From the NCBI GenBank assembly GCA_001508335.1, contig LGFX01000003.1, positions 75,500 through 139,499 on the forward strand: a DNA stretch of 64,000 nucleotides, written 5' to 3'. A program made the position numbers and the translations under genes. Positions within the stretch are counted from its first letter, which is position 1. Every line of letters begins with the position of its first letter. Shown in pieces: positions 1 through 10,013 of this stretch. Under the pieces are notes generated by a model that was given only the letters and a program-made list of their open reading frames with translations, made no database searches and had not been told where the DNA came from. Origin of the DNA: a candidate division TA06 bacterium 32_111 (GTDB lineage Bacteria > Hydrothermota > 32-111).

Positions 1-1566
1 AAAAGTGGAATACATTTTAAACTTCTGAACTCAAGCAAAGGACCTGCTGTATGGTCTTTAAGAGCGCAGATAGATTCTTCAACCTATCCAGCGAATGCAT
101 TAAAAATATTAAATGGTTTTAAAAACCTCACAATAGTTGAGGATGAGGTAACGGATATTTTGGTACAAAGCGATAGGGTGATTGGAGTTAAATTGGAAAA
201 AGGACAAAATATCCAAACGAATTATGTTGTAATATGTTCTGGAACTTTTCTCGGTGGAAAAATATTCATCGGGAACGAACAGATAACAGGTGGAAGATTC
301 TCTGAAAAGAACTCCCAAAAACTTTCAGAATCTCTGAAAAGTATAGGGATTAAACTGATAAGATTGAAAACTGGAACAAGTCCAAGGTTAAAGAAAAACA
401 GTGTTGATTTTTCAAAAATGGAAGAACAAAAAGGGGAAGAGGATGTTGGAACTTTTTCGATTCTGACAGATAAGGTTGAAAACAGGATATCATGCTACAT
501 TACAAGAACAAACGAAAAAACACACAAAACGATCAGGGATAACCTTCACCTTTCAGCACTCTATTCTGGAAACATAGAGGGTAAAGGACCAAGATATTGT
601 CCTTCTCTTGAAGATAAGGTTGTAAAATTTTCTGAAAGAAAATCTCATACTATATTCATTGAGCCTATGGGTGTTGATAATGAAATCGTTTATGTTAACG
701 GTGCATCATCATCCCTACCTGTGGATATACAACTTGAGTACATTCATAGTATCAAGGGTCTTGAAAAGAGTGTTTTCATTCAACCCGGATACGCTATAGA
801 GTATGATGCCTTAAAAAGTAAACAGATAAAACCAACCCTTGAACATAAAAATATAAAAGGGCTATTTTTTGCCGGACAGATAAATGGAACAAGCGGATAT
901 GAGGAAGCAGCAGCACAGGGTTATGTTGCAGGTTTAAACGCTTCTCTATCTTACATGAAAAAAGAAGAGATAATATTTGATAGATTTAATTCCTATATTG
1001 GAGTTTTGATAGATGACATTATAAAAAAGGATCTAACGGAACCTTACAGATTGTTCACCTCAAGGTCAGAAAATAGGTTATATTTAAGACAGGATAACTC
1101 CTTCGTTAGATTAAAAGATATAGCAGAAAAGATAAATATAGATGATGAAAGAAGAAAACTTTACAAAAAAATTTTCGAAGAGAGTGAAGAGTTAAAAAAA
1201 ATTATCTATAAAGATCCGGATAATTTTATTTTAAAGAGTGAATACGAATTTTTAAAGGATCCTTCATATCCTTTTGAAAGTTTTAAAAAACTTTTCCCTC
1301 AATTTTCAACAAAAACTCTTCTTTTCATATACTCTGAAAACAAATATAGAGGTTACATAGAAAAATATAAAAGAATTACAAAAGTTGTTCTTGAAAACGG
1401 TGAAAGATTGATAAAAAATAAAAAAAGATTGTTGTCATCACCAATAATCTCAAAAGAGGCAAAAGAGATAATTTCCAAAACAGATGTTGAAAGGGTGAAG
1501 GACCTATATGGTATTATAGATCCATCTGACATTGAAAATATAATTATAATTTTGAAAAAAATCTAA
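1..1566 (+). CDS. mnmG: tRNA uridine-5-carboxymethylaminomethyl(34) synthesis enzyme MnmG/GidA (5' end outside window)
   Basis: Frame open from base 1 (KSGIHFKLLNSSKGPAVWSLRAQID); motifs RLKTGTSPR, GPRYCPSLEDK, AGQINGTSGYEEAAAQG, EPYRLFTSRSE. Confidence 0.97.
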   Translation, partial: KSGIHFKLLNSSKGPAVWSLRAQIDSSTYPANALKILNGFKNLTIVEDEVTDILVQSDRVIGVKLEKGQNIQTNYVVICSGTFLGGKIFIGNEQITGGRFSEKNSQKLSESLKSIGIKLIRLKTGTSPRLKKNSVDFSKMEEQKGEEDVGTFSILTDKVENRISCYITRTNEKTHKTIRDNLHLSALYSGNIEGKGPRYCPSLEDKVVKFSERKSHTIFIEPMGVDNEIVYVNGASSSLPVDIQLEYIHSIKGLEKSVFIQPGYAIEYDALKSKQIKPTLEHKNIKGLFFAGQINGTSGYEEAAAQGYVAGLNASLSYMKKEEIIFDRFNSYIGVLIDDIIKKDLTEPYRLFTSRSENRLYLRQDNSFVRLKDIAEKINIDDERRKLYKKIFEESEELKKIIYKDPDNFILKSEYEFLKDPSYPFESFKKLFPQFSTKTLLFIYSENKYRGYIEKYKRITKVVLENGERLIKNKKRLLSSPIISKEAKEIISKTDVERVKDLYGIIDPSDIENIIIILKKI

Positions 1567-1845
1567 TCAACTACAAGAAGAACATGACCCGGAACAGTTC
1601 CCCCCAGAACAGTTTGATTTCCCTTTATCATTCTCCTTTTTATTATGTGAATGAGAATTACCATTATTTTTGTAATCGTTTACATAGAAACCCGAACCTT
1701 TGAAGATAATATTTGAATTGTAACTTAGAATCTTTTCAGAAAGAGAGTTGCATTCTGGACATCTAACCTTTGGAGTATCTGACATTTTATGAAAAACATT
1801 AAAAACAAGACCACATTTTTTACATTTATAATCATAGTTTGGCAT
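1567..1845 (-). CDS. FmdB-family zinc-ribbon protein
   Basis: MPNYDYKCKKCG...CPECNS...IFKGSGFYVNDY signature; likely start ATG 1845 after GGAG (ORF track starts at 1857). Confidence 0.85.
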   Translation of the reverse strand: MPNYDYKCKKCGLVFNVFHKMSDTPKVRCPECNSLSEKILSYNSNIIFKGSGFYVNDYKNNGNSHSHNKKENDKGKSNCSGGNCSGSCSSCS

Positions 1846-1864
1846 TTTTCGCTCCATTATAGTT

Positions 1865-1896
1865 GATGGCGGGATAAACCCGCCATCCTTATTTTT
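1865..1896. terminator. Stem-loop between groEL and the zinc-ribbon gene
   Basis: GATGGCGGG-ATAAA-CCCGCCATC perfect 9-bp stem; T-rich tail only on the + strand. Confidence 0.6.
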
Positions 1897-1898
1897 AA

Positions 1899-3545
1899 TT
1901 AATACATTCCTCCGTATCCACCGCCTGCTGGTGGCATCATTGGCTGTTTTTCCTCTTCTTTCTTTTCAGCAATCATGCATTCTGTTGTGAGAAGCAGTGA
2001 TGCAACTGACGCTGCATTTTCAAGCGCTGATCTTGAAACCTTTGTTGGGTCTATAACACCAGCCTCAACCATATCTTCAATCTTTCCTGAAAGAACGTTG
2101 AAGCCTTCATTCTTCTTTGCACTTTTCACTTGATTGACTATAACTGCATCCTCTTCACCAGCGTTTTTAACTATCATTCTTATTGGCTCTTCAAGTGCTT
2201 TCTTAATTATTTCAGCACCGATTTTTTCATCATCATTTGAAAACTCTATTTTGTCTATACCTTTTAAAGTTCTTAGATATGCTGTTCCACCACCTGGAAC
2301 TATACCCTCTTCAACAGCTGCTTTTGTTGCATGCAAAGCATCCTCAACTCTTGCTTTCTTCTCTTTCATTTCAACTTCGGTTGGGGCACCAACATTTATC
2401 ACAGCAACTCCACCTGCGAGTTTTGCCAACCTTTCCTGCAATTTTTCTTTATCATAATCACTTGTTGTTTCCTGTATCTGTTTTTTTATCTGTGATATTC
2501 TTGCATCTATATCACTCTTCTTACCTTTTCCATCAACTATTGTAGTGTTCTCTTTATCAACGGTTACCTTTTCACACTGTCCAAGATCTCTTAACTGAAC
2601 AGACTCAAGTTTCATTCCCTGCTCCTCAGATATAACTCTTCCGCCTGTAACAATCGCTATATCCTGAAGCATCTCTTTTCTTCTATCTCCATAACCTGGT
2701 GCCTTAACAGCACATGCGTTCAATGTTCCTCTCAACTTGTTTACAACCAATGTAGCGAGAGGTTCACCTTCAACGTCCTCTGCTATTATAAGTAAAGGTT
2801 TTCCAGACTGGGCTACCTGCTCAAGAATCGGAAGAACCTCTTTCATGTTTGAAATCTTTTTATCAGTTATAAGAAGGTATGGTTTTTCAAGTTCAACGAT
2901 CATTTTTTCAGCGTTTGTTATAAAGTAAGGAGAGAGATAACCTCTATCAAACTGCATACCTTCAACAAATTCAAGTTCCATTTTGTTTGATTTTCCCTCT
3001 TCAACGGTAATGACTCCATCCTTTCCAGCCTTATCCATCGCTTCAGCAATAATGTCACCTATCGAATTATCATTGTTTGCTGAAATGGATGCAACCTGTG
3101 CTATCTCCTTTTTGTCCTTTGTCTCTTTCGAGAGTTTTTTCAACTCTTCAACAACCACTTCAACAGCCTTATCTATACCTCTTTTAACAAGAATCGGATT
3201 TCTTCCCGCTGTTATATGTTTTAAACCTTCCCTGTATATAGCCTGAGCAAGAACTGTTGCGGTTGTTGTCCCATCACCAGCAACATCGGATGTTTTTGAT
3301 GCTACCTCTTTAACCATCTGTGCACCCATATTTTCAAAAGGATCTTCAAGTTCTATCTCTTTAGCAACGGTTACACCATCTTTTGTTATAGTTGGTGCAC
3401 CGAACTTTTTTTCTATTGCAACATTCCTTCCTTTGGGACCAAGAGTTACTCTAACTGCATTTGCAAGCTTATTTACTCCTTCAAGAATTTTTCTTTGTGC
3501 TTCATCACTATAAATTATCTCTTTTGATGTCATCATTACCTCCAT
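1899..3545 (-). CDS. groL: Chaperonin GroEL
   Basis: [34 protein letters not shown]-like tail. Confidence 0.99.
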   Translation of the reverse strand: MEVMMTSKEIIYSDEAQRKILEGVNKLANAVRVTLGPKGRNVAIEKKFGAPTITKDGVTVAKEIELEDPFENMGAQMVKEVASKTSDVAGDGTTTATVLAQAIYREGLKHITAGRNPILVKRGIDKAVEVVVEELKKLSKETKDKKEIAQVASISANNDNSIGDIIAEAMDKAGKDGVITVEEGKSNKMELEFVEGMQFDRGYLSPYFITNAEKMIVELEKPYLLITDKKISNMKEVLPILEQVAQSGKPLLIIAEDVEGEPLATLVVNKLRGTLNACAVKAPGYGDRRKEMLQDIAIVTGGRVISEEQGMKLESVQLRDLGQCEKVTVDKENTTIVDGKGKKSDIDARISQIKKQIQETTSDYDKEKLQERLAKLAGGVAVINVGAPTEVEMKEKKARVEDALHATKAAVEEGIVPGGGTAYLRTLKGIDKIEFSNDDEKIGAEIIKKALEEPIRMIVKNAGEEDAVIVNQVKSAKKNEGFNVLSGKIEDMVEAGVIDPTKVSRSALENAASVASLLLTTECMIAEKKEEEKQPMMPPAGGGYGGMY

Positions 3546-3833
3546 TTATTTATTTATTATTGCAAGGATATCTGTTGAGTCCATAATAACATACTCAACA
3601 CCATCGATTTCTATATCGGTTCCCGCATACTTTCCAAAAAGAACTATGTCACCAGGTTTAACATCAGCATCTTTTCCATCAGGTTTTTTGGAAGCTGCAA
3701 TCACCTCTCCCTGCTGTGGTTTCTCTTTTGCGGTATCTGGAATTATTATGGAACCTTTCTTAACCTCTTTCTCTTCGATCCTCTTTATCAGGATCTTTCC
3801 GTTGATAGGTTGTATTTTGCTCTCCTTTGCCAT
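3546..3833 (-). CDS. groS: Co-chaperonin GroES
   Basis: IIIPDTAKEKPQQGEVIA, VKPGDIVLFGKYAG; adjacent to groEL; GGAGG RBS. Confidence 0.98.
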   Translation of the reverse strand: MAKESKIQPINGKILIKRIEEKEVKKGSIIIPDTAKEKPQQGEVIAASKKPDGKDADVKPGDIVLFGKYAGTDIEIDGVEYVIMDSTDILAIINK

Positions 3834-3890
3834 AACTATACCTCCTTTTATTTATTTAAAAAGAAAAATACCTTTACTTATAGTGCAATA

Positions 3891-3918
3891 AATTTAATTT
3901 TAAAAAAGGGGTTGTCAA
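3891..3918 (-). promoter_or_regulatory. Sigma70-type promoter for groESL
   Basis: TTGACA (3918-3913), 16 nt spacer, TAAATT (3896-3891). Confidence 0.55.
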
Positions 3919-3921
3919 GTC

Positions 3922-4116
3922 CTAAAAGAATTTTTTATATGGACATGAAAAACATTTTATAAGTTTTTTCTTATCCTTTCTTATTCTGTAACCTTTATTT
4001 TTTGCATAACTTATAATGTAATCGAGAAAAGGTTCATCTATATTGAACTTTTTTGTCAACTCCTTTGTTGAAACCAACCTTTTTTCCAAAATATAATTTA
4101 TAATTTCCTCTATCAT
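3922..4116 (-). CDS. FeoC-like small winged-helix protein
   Basis: 64 aa, overlaps the feoB stop, HTH-like N-terminus, C-terminal CFSCP. Confidence 0.65.
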   Translation of the reverse strand: MIEEIINYILEKRLVSTKELTKKFNIDEPFLDYIISYAKNKGYRIRKDKKKLIKCFSCPYKKFF

Positions 4117-6080
4117 ATTATTAAGAGTAAAATATACCTTACTAAAAATGAGATTATGTATGCAAAAACTATTGAATACAATACTATTCCGAAAAGGTAG
4201 AGGTATGAACCTGTTTCCTGTTTAATAACCACAGCTGTCGCTATACAGGGTAAGTAAATCATAAGAAAAAGAAGGAAAACGAAACCATCAACTTTATTCC
4301 ATCTGCTTGCGATAACCTTTTCCAGTTGCTCTCCTTTATAGAGAACACCGAGAGTTGAAACAACAGATTCTTTTGCGAAAAAACCTGTTATAAGTGAAAC
4401 GGTTCTCTCAACATCGAAACCGAGAGGTTTAAAGAGAAAATCAATCTTTTCACCAGCAATCTTTATAAAACCACCCTCAACATCTTTTGGAAAATAGGAA
4501 AGAAGAAAAATTATTATCGTTATAATAAATATCAAACTCCCTGCTCTTTTCAAAAAGTCTTTTACTTTGAAATATGAGTTTATAAGTAAGTTTTTCAATG
4601 TTGGAAGATGGTAATCTGGAAGTTCCATTATCAATCCTTCACTTTTTTCCTTTAAAATGAATCTGTCTATTATAAATCCTGAAAAAATCGCAAAAAGGAT
4701 AGATAATAAAAATAGTGAAAAAATTACAAGGAAACTCCACTTTCCAAAAAGTATCGCACCAAGAAATATCAGAACCGTTAAACGGGAAGAGCATGGAATG
4801 AAGGGAATAATAAGAATCGTTTTTATCCTGTCTTTTGGTGTATCGAGAACTCTTGTTGAAAGAACAGCGGGAACGGAACATCCAAAACCTAAAACTAAAG
4901 ATATGAAAGATTTTCCATGAAGACCTATTTTATGCATAAATCTATCCATTATGAAAACAACTCTCGCCATATAACCTGTATCCTCAAGAAAACCAAGAAA
5001 AATGTACATAAAAAATATATATGGAAGTAAAGTTATTACGGATCCAACTCCTCCAACTATTCCTTCGGTTAAAAATGATAAGAGAAATCCTCCTTTTATA
5101 ACCTTTGTTAGTAAAAAAGAAAGTTTTTCAAAAAGAAAAGTAAGAAAATTTGAAAAAATATCCCCAAGAAAAAATGTTATAAAGAATATAAACAAAAATG
5201 TTATAAAAAAAATAGGAATAGAAAAGAATCTATTCAAAAGTGTGTTATCCACCTCTTCAGTCAAACTTTTCTTATCGGAGAATTCTTTTTTTGTTACCTC
5301 TCCAACTATACCTCTACTCAAAGAGTAAAACCAGTCGAGTGTTAAAAAATCTATCTTTTTTATATTTTTGTAAACTTCATCAACAATACTTTTTATTTTA
5401 GAAAGATCCTCTTCTCTTAAAATTTTAAAAATTGATGGAACAAAATTTTTATCATTTTCTATGATTTTCAAAGAGTAAAATTTTGGATGTTTTTCAAACT
5501 CTTTATATTTTATCAGAATTTCTGATAACTTTTCAATGTGAAGATAAACTTTATCGCTAACTTTAAAATACTTCGTTTCACAAACCTTTTTGTTTACGTT
5601 ATTTTTTATTAACCTTTTTAACTCATCAACCCCTTCTCCATTTTTAACGGAACCAAAAACTATATCGCACGAGAAAATACTTTTCATTTTTTCGAAATCT
5701 ATTTTTATTTTCTTACTTCTTGCAACATCCATCTTATTTACAAAAAATATTAAAGGTATATCGAGAAAAAAAAGTTGTAGAGAGAGAAAAAGTGACCTTT
5801 CGAGATTTGAACCATCAAGAATATTTACTATCAAAGATGGGGATGAACTTAAAAGATAATCCAAAGAAATCTTTTCATCTATACTTGTTGGAGTTAAACC
5901 GTAACAACCTGGAAGATCAACAACTTCAAATTTTTTATCATCTATAAAGAAAAAACCTTCCTTCTTTTCAACCGTAACCCCGGGCCAGTTTCCAACAGTC
6001 TGGTCCAAACCTGTTAAACTGTTAAAAAGGGAAGATTTTCCACTGTTAGGTTGTCCTACTATAACTATCTTCTCACTCAT
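4113..6080 (-). CDS. feoB: Ferrous iron transporter FeoB
   Basis: GQPNSGKS, VGNWPGVTVE, DLPG, NKMD GTPase motifs; LEDTGYMAR, GFGCSVPA, YLPCIA membrane motifs. Confidence 0.97.
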   Translation of the reverse strand: MSEKIVIVGQPNSGKSSLFNSLTGLDQTVGNWPGVTVEKKEGFFFIDDKKFEVVDLPGCYGLTPTSIDEKISLDYLLSSSPSLIVNILDGSNLERSLFLSLQLFFLDIPLIFFVNKMDVARSKKIKIDFEKMKSIFSCDIVFGSVKNGEGVDELKRLIKNNVNKKVCETKYFKVSDKVYLHIEKLSEILIKYKEFEKHPKFYSLKIIENDKNFVPSIFKILREEDLSKIKSIVDEVYKNIKKIDFLTLDWFYSLSRGIVGEVTKKEFSDKKSLTEEVDNTLLNRFFSIPIFFITFLFIFFITFFLGDIFSNFLTFLFEKLSFLLTKVIKGGFLLSFLTEGIVGGVGSVITLLPYIFFMYIFLGFLEDTGYMARVVFIMDRFMHKIGLHGKSFISLVLGFGCSVPAVLSTRVLDTPKDRIKTILIIPFIPCSSRLTVLIFLGAILFGKWSFLVIFSLFLLSILFAIFSGFIIDRFILKEKSEGLIMELPDYHLPTLKNLLINSYFKVKDFLKRAGSLIFIITIIIFLLSYFPKDVEGGFIKIAGEKIDFLFKPLGFDVERTVSLITGFFAKESVVSTLGVLYKGEQLEKVIASRWNKVDGFVFLLFLMIYLPCIATAVVIKQETGSYLYLFGIVLYSIVFAYIISFLVRYILLLII

Positions 6081-6298
6081 AATTTCTCAACTTCAATCCT
6101 TGAAGCCATCATCCTTCCAATTACTATTTTTGAACCATCCTGTTTTATTATAAGTGGACCTCTACCATCATTTTTTAAAACTTCAATAAAACACTCTTCC
6201 GTTATACCCATATTTTTAACCTTACAAACAAAATTTGCACCACCAAAAAGTGATAACACTTTAGCCTTTTCACCTTGTCTTAGATCCGTCAGTTTCAT
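6077..6298 (-). CDS. feoA: FeoA family protein
   Basis: MKLTDLRQGEKAKV...MGIT...GPLII...IGRMMASRIEV; start refined to ATG 6298 after GGAG. Confidence 0.9.
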   Translation of the reverse strand: MKLTDLRQGEKAKVLSLFGGANFVCKVKNMGITEECFIEVLKNDGRGPLIIKQDGSKIVIGRMMASRIEVEKL

Positions 6299-6704
6299 CC
6301 TTTTCTCCATAAAGAACAATCTTGGTTCTTTCGTTAAAATTTTTTGAAATCTTTTCCATCCTTTCATATATATTCTTATCAACTATATGCTCTATCTCAC
6401 AAGCTATCTTCTGTGCATCTACATTTTCAACTTCAAAAATTTTTTCAACAAACTCTGTTATTATTTTGTGTTTTTTGTAAACATTTTTAGCCTTCCTCTC
6501 TCCATCCTTTGTCAAACTTACGTAACCATACTTTTCCTGAACTATAAGTCCCTCTTCCTTCAATATGGACAGAGCGTTAACTATAGAGGGTTTTGAGACA
6601 TTTAAAACTTTTTGAATATCTTTCACACGACAGAAATTTTTTCCTTCACTTGCTATGTATATCGCTTCGATATAATCTTCCAAACTTTTAGATAATTTTT
6701 TCAT
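6270..6704 (-). CDS. DtxR/MntR-family metal-dependent repressor
   Basis: SLEDYIEAIY, DIQKVLNVSKPS, LTKDG, KHKII, ACEIEH metal-site motifs. Confidence 0.92.
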   Translation of the reverse strand: MKKLSKSLEDYIEAIYIASEGKNFCRVKDIQKVLNVSKPSIVNALSILKEEGLIVQEKYGYVSLTKDGERKAKNVYKKHKIITEFVEKIFEVENVDAQKIACEIEHIVDKNIYERMEKISKNFNERTKIVLYGEKDETDGSKTR

Positions 6705-6718
6705 AAAACTCCAAAATG

Positions 6719-6763
6719 TTAGTTTTGACTAATAAAGTTTAATTAAATTAAAAATAAAGTCAA
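6719..6763 (-). promoter_or_regulatory. Promoter and palindromic operator of the DtxR-feo operon
   Basis: TTGACT (6763-6758), 16 nt, TAAACT (6741-6736); palindrome TTAGT-TTTG-ACTAA at 6719-6732 over the predicted start site. Confidence 0.6.
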
Positions 6764-6816
6764 CCCCTATTGATTTTTTTTTCATTTTGTTGTAAATTAT
6801 AAATAAAGGAGGGATA

Positions 6817-7020
6817 TTGGCAATAAACGTAAACTCTCGTTTTGGTTTCAGATTTTTAGGAGACCTTAAAAGTAAAATCTATCATGATCTTTACAACGAA
6901 AAACATGATTGTAAGGTTAACCAGATAATAATTTCCGGAAACGGTGTCAGGTTTGAGCCAGATAACGAGGAACAGGCGGAGAAGGAAGGTTTTTCCAAAT
7001 GTAGTAACTGTATGAATTAG
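6817..7020 (+). CDS. Small Ada-metal-binding-domain-like (Zn finger) protein
   Basis: AAGGAGG RBS with TTG start; pattern SKIYH..C...F....A.KEGF.KCSNC. Confidence 0.65.
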   Translation: MAINVNSRFGFRFLGDLKSKIYHDLYNEKHDCKVNQIIISGNGVRFEPDNEEQAEKEGFSKCSNCMN

Positions 7021-7023
7021 AAG

Positions 7024-7052
7024 TTGAATTTTTTCTTTTAAAATGTTATAAT
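7024..7052 (+). promoter_or_regulatory. Promoter of the S8 protease gene (probably leaderless)
   Basis: TTGAAT, 17 nt, extended -10 TGtTATAAT; ATG 8 nt downstream; no SD. Confidence 0.6.
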
Positions 7053-7060
7053 TTCATCCA

Positions 7061-9010
7061 ATGAAATATTTTAAAATTTTCATTTTTTGTTTTTTTATTT
7101 CATCTTTTTTAAATGGTGAAAGAATACTTGTTATATTCAAAAATCTTCCAAAAAATCTTGAAACAAAAAATCTGATAAAAAAAAATGAAAAGTATAAATT
7201 CATCGTTCTGGATTCTGATGTTGAAAGTGCAAAAGAACTTTTTCCAGATGCAATAAGTGTTTGCAAAGAACCAAAAGTAAAAGCTTTCTATGATCCAAAC
7301 GACACATACTTTTCATACCAATGGTCTTTGAGTGAAAAACATTACAACCTTTCATACATTCTTGATTCAAAAGTTGATGGAGATGGAGTGAGGATAGGAA
7401 TTCTTGATACAGGATGCGCTTATGAAGATTTTTCAATACCTTCAAACGAATCCTCTTTGGTTACCTCAACGGATGGGAAATACCATAAATTTTCAGATTT
7501 TGATAATATAAATTTTATCCTCCCATACGACTTTGTTAACGATGAAAACCATCCAAACGATATGAATGGACATGGAACAGCAGTTACTTCAGTTATAGCA
7601 AGTCACATAAACAACAGTTTTGCAACGGCAGGAATAGTATCCTCTCCAACAGTCTTGGTTTTAAGGGTTCTTGATGAAAAGGGAGAGGGAAATCTCACAG
7701 ATATAGTTGATGCTATAGAATATGGTGTGGCAAACGGATGCAAAGTTTTAAATCTTTCACTTGGGGGACCAGCAGGAGATTCAACAGGCTGGACACCTTT
7801 GCATCAGGCAATAATAAATGCAAGGAACAATGGAGTTGCTGTTGTTTGTGCATCTGGAAATGAAGGTGTGGGGCAACTATCCTATCCGGCAGGGTTTGAA
7901 GAGGCAATATCGTGTGGAGCGGTTGATTACAACTTTACCAGAACTTATTATTCACAGTATGGAACCAATCTTGATTTTGTTGCACCAGGAGGTGTAGTTT
8001 ATCAGGACAATAATGGTGATGGTGATTATGATGGAGGAATTCTTGCTCCAATGATAGAAATAACTGACTCCTTAGCAAATGTCTCAAACTTTTATCTTTA
8101 TTGGCTTGAAGGGACATCCTTTTCAACACCTCATCTTTCATCTCTTTTCGCTTTAATGTTCTCCATTGGATACAACCTTGAAGAGATAGTTGACATATTC
8201 ATCTCCAATGCCCTTGATCTTGGAAACTCAGGTTATGATAGCGAGTACGGATACGGTTACGTAAAACCTGATTACATATTCAAACAGGATATTTTAACGA
8301 AAAGTATAAACTACTCTTCCCTTTCAAACCTGATAACTTTTTCCTTTTTTATAAAAAACGATTCTATCATAATAGATTCCTTCAAACTGAAAAGTTTGTT
8401 TAAAGATGAAATTCTCAACTATCAAAAAGATGGAAAAATCTATACGATAGATCTTTCCGTAGAAAAATCTGGTATCTATAATCTTACCCTTTACGGGAAA
8501 AAGGATGGAACACCTTTCCTACAGGAAAAGAGTTTCGGGTTGAAAAATGTACTTGACAACTCCACTTTTATATTTGGTGGAGATATGACACTTTCAAGTA
8601 ACAACAGTTTTTTGTTATTCGATGATTCAAACAGTATAAAAATTAAAACAGATTCAAAAGTTAAAATCACAAAATACAGCAATGAAAGTGAAAGGTTAAA
8701 AGTTTTTTCAAATGATGTTGAGATCCCTGTTATAAGATATGAGGATAGGGTTGAATTCTATGTTGATAAAGACTCTTACTTGAGATTTTTCATCTCAAAC
8801 GAAAAATATGAAGTTTTTAAAAACACAAAAACATTTTTACTCAAAGATAAAGAGTTGAATTGGACAGGTGAAGAATATTTCATCTTTGATAGGAGTGGAA
8901 GGATAGTTGAAAAAGGAATATCAAAAAAAGTATCTTTTAAAAATTTACCTTACGGAATATACTTTTTAAAAGGAAAAGATATTTTATGGAAAATAGTAAA
9001 ACTATTTTAA
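7061..9010 (+). CDS. Secreted S8 (subtilisin-like) serine peptidase with T9SS-like C-terminal domain
   Basis: Signal peptide; catalytic ILDTG, NGHGTAV, GTSFSTP; tail IFDRSGRIV...LPYGIYFLK. Confidence 0.9.
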   Translation: MKYFKIFIFCFFISSFLNGERILVIFKNLPKNLETKNLIKKNEKYKFIVLDSDVESAKELFPDAISVCKEPKVKAFYDPNDTYFSYQWSLSEKHYNLSYILDSKVDGDGVRIGILDTGCAYEDFSIPSNESSLVTSTDGKYHKFSDFDNINFILPYDFVNDENHPNDMNGHGTAVTSVIASHINNSFATAGIVSSPTVLVLRVLDEKGEGNLTDIVDAIEYGVANGCKVLNLSLGGPAGDSTGWTPLHQAIINARNNGVAVVCASGNEGVGQLSYPAGFEEAISCGAVDYNFTRTYYSQYGTNLDFVAPGGVVYQDNNGDGDYDGGILAPMIEITDSLANVSNFYLYWLEGTSFSTPHLSSLFALMFSIGYNLEEIVDIFISNALDLGNSGYDSEYGYGYVKPDYIFKQDILTKSINYSSLSNLITFSFFIKNDSIIIDSFKLKSLFKDEILNYQKDGKIYTIDLSVEKSGIYNLTLYGKKDGTPFLQEKSFGLKNVLDNSTFIFGGDMTLSSNNSFLLFDDSNSIKIKTDSKVKITKYSNESERLKVFSNDVEIPVIRYEDRVEFYVDKDSYLRFFISNEKYEVFKNTKTFLLKDKELNWTGEEYFIFDRSGRIVEKGISKKVSFKNLPYGIYFLKGKDILWKIVKLF

Positions 9011-9561
9011 TCCTTCTTTTGCTTATCTTAATATCTTCATGTTCCCTCTTTTCTCCAAAAGAGAATCTTGAAGATGGCTGGGTTTATGTAAAAGAAAAAG
9101 ATTATGCAAACGCTTTAAAAAAGTTCAGAATAGACTATGAAAAGTATCCCGATTCTTTAGATATAATCTGTGGAATGTTTTATATCCATTTTTTGTATGG
9201 AAAGGAAGATTCTGCAAAAAAATATCTTGAAAAATCTTTTGAAAATTCGAAAGAGGATGATAAAACTCTCTTTATTGGAGGTTTCTATTACAGAGAAAAG
9301 GATTACGATTCAACAAACTATTTTTATGAAAAGTATGTTGAAAAAAATTCTCCATTATATGATCCTTACATAATCTCAACAACAATAACATCGAACTCTT
9401 TCCATAAAATTGGATTATCATCAGAGTATTTAACAAAAAATTATCAGTTCGTTTATGATGTTTTAAAAAGTATCACAGACATTCCAGACTCTCTGGATGT
9501 TAACAACGAAGCGGATAGAATAAAAATTTTTGAATATATAAACGGTTTGGAGGAGTCATGA
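8986..9561 (+). CDS. Lipoprotein with TPR-like helical repeats
   Basis: Lipobox LISSC; KDYANALKKF and AKKYLEKS TPR-like helices. Confidence 0.6.
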   Translation: MENSKTILILLLLILISSCSLFSPKENLEDGWVYVKEKDYANALKKFRIDYEKYPDSLDIICGMFYIHFLYGKEDSAKKYLEKSFENSKEDDKTLFIGGFYYREKDYDSTNYFYEKYVEKNSPLYDPYIISTTITSNSFHKIGLSSEYLTKNYQFVYDVLKSITDIPDSLDVNNEADRIKIFEYINGLEES

Positions 9562-10013
9562 CAAAAGTAGCAATTCTTATGGGATCTGAAAACGATAGGG
9601 TGATTATGTCAAATACTGAAAAGGTTTTTGAAAATTTTGGAGTTGAATACGAAACCTTTGTAATTTCAGCACACAGAAACCCTTTAAAAGTTCAAGAATT
9701 CTCTACAAAAGCGAGAGATAATGGCTTTTCAGCGATAATATGTGGAGCAGGTTATGCTGCACATCTAGCGGGAGTTGTTGCATCATACACAACTTTACCG
9801 GTTCTTGCGGTTCCCCTTGATTCCTCACCATTGAAAGGTGTGGATTCATTGTACTCTATGGTAATGATGCCATCAGGAATTCCAGTTGCAACATTTACCA
9901 TAGGTTCAGCGGGGGCAAAAAATGCTGCAATTTTTGCTATTGAAATGCTTTCTGTTACCGATGGTAGTTTAAAGGAAAAATTGGATAAGTACAGGCAAAG
10001 TTTTAACAGATGA
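9558..10013 (+). CDS. purE: N5-CAIR mutase PurE
   Basis: MGSEND, SAHRNP, AGYAAHLAG, MPSGIPVAT. Confidence 0.96.
   Translation: MTKVAILMGSENDRVIMSNTEKVFENFGVEYETFVISAHRNPLKVQEFSTKARDNGFSAIICGAGYAAHLAGVVASYTTLPVLAVPLDSSPLKGVDSLYSMVMMPSGIPVATFTIGSAGAKNAAIFAIEMLSVTDGSLKEKLDKYRQSFNR

Noticed and set aside
3860..3892. Possible CIRCE element upstream of groES (ATTGCACTA on the - strand)
   Set aside because: Only a degenerate left half; no GAGTGCTAA-like arm 9 nt downstream
5245..5253. DnaA-box-like TTATCCACC
   Set aside because: Isolated, one mismatch, inside feoB coding sequence
6270..6382. Programmed frameshift fusing DtxR to FeoA at A-AAA-AAT
   Set aside because: A -1 slip hits TAA immediately; feoA is in the +1 frame and has its own RBS and ATG at 6298
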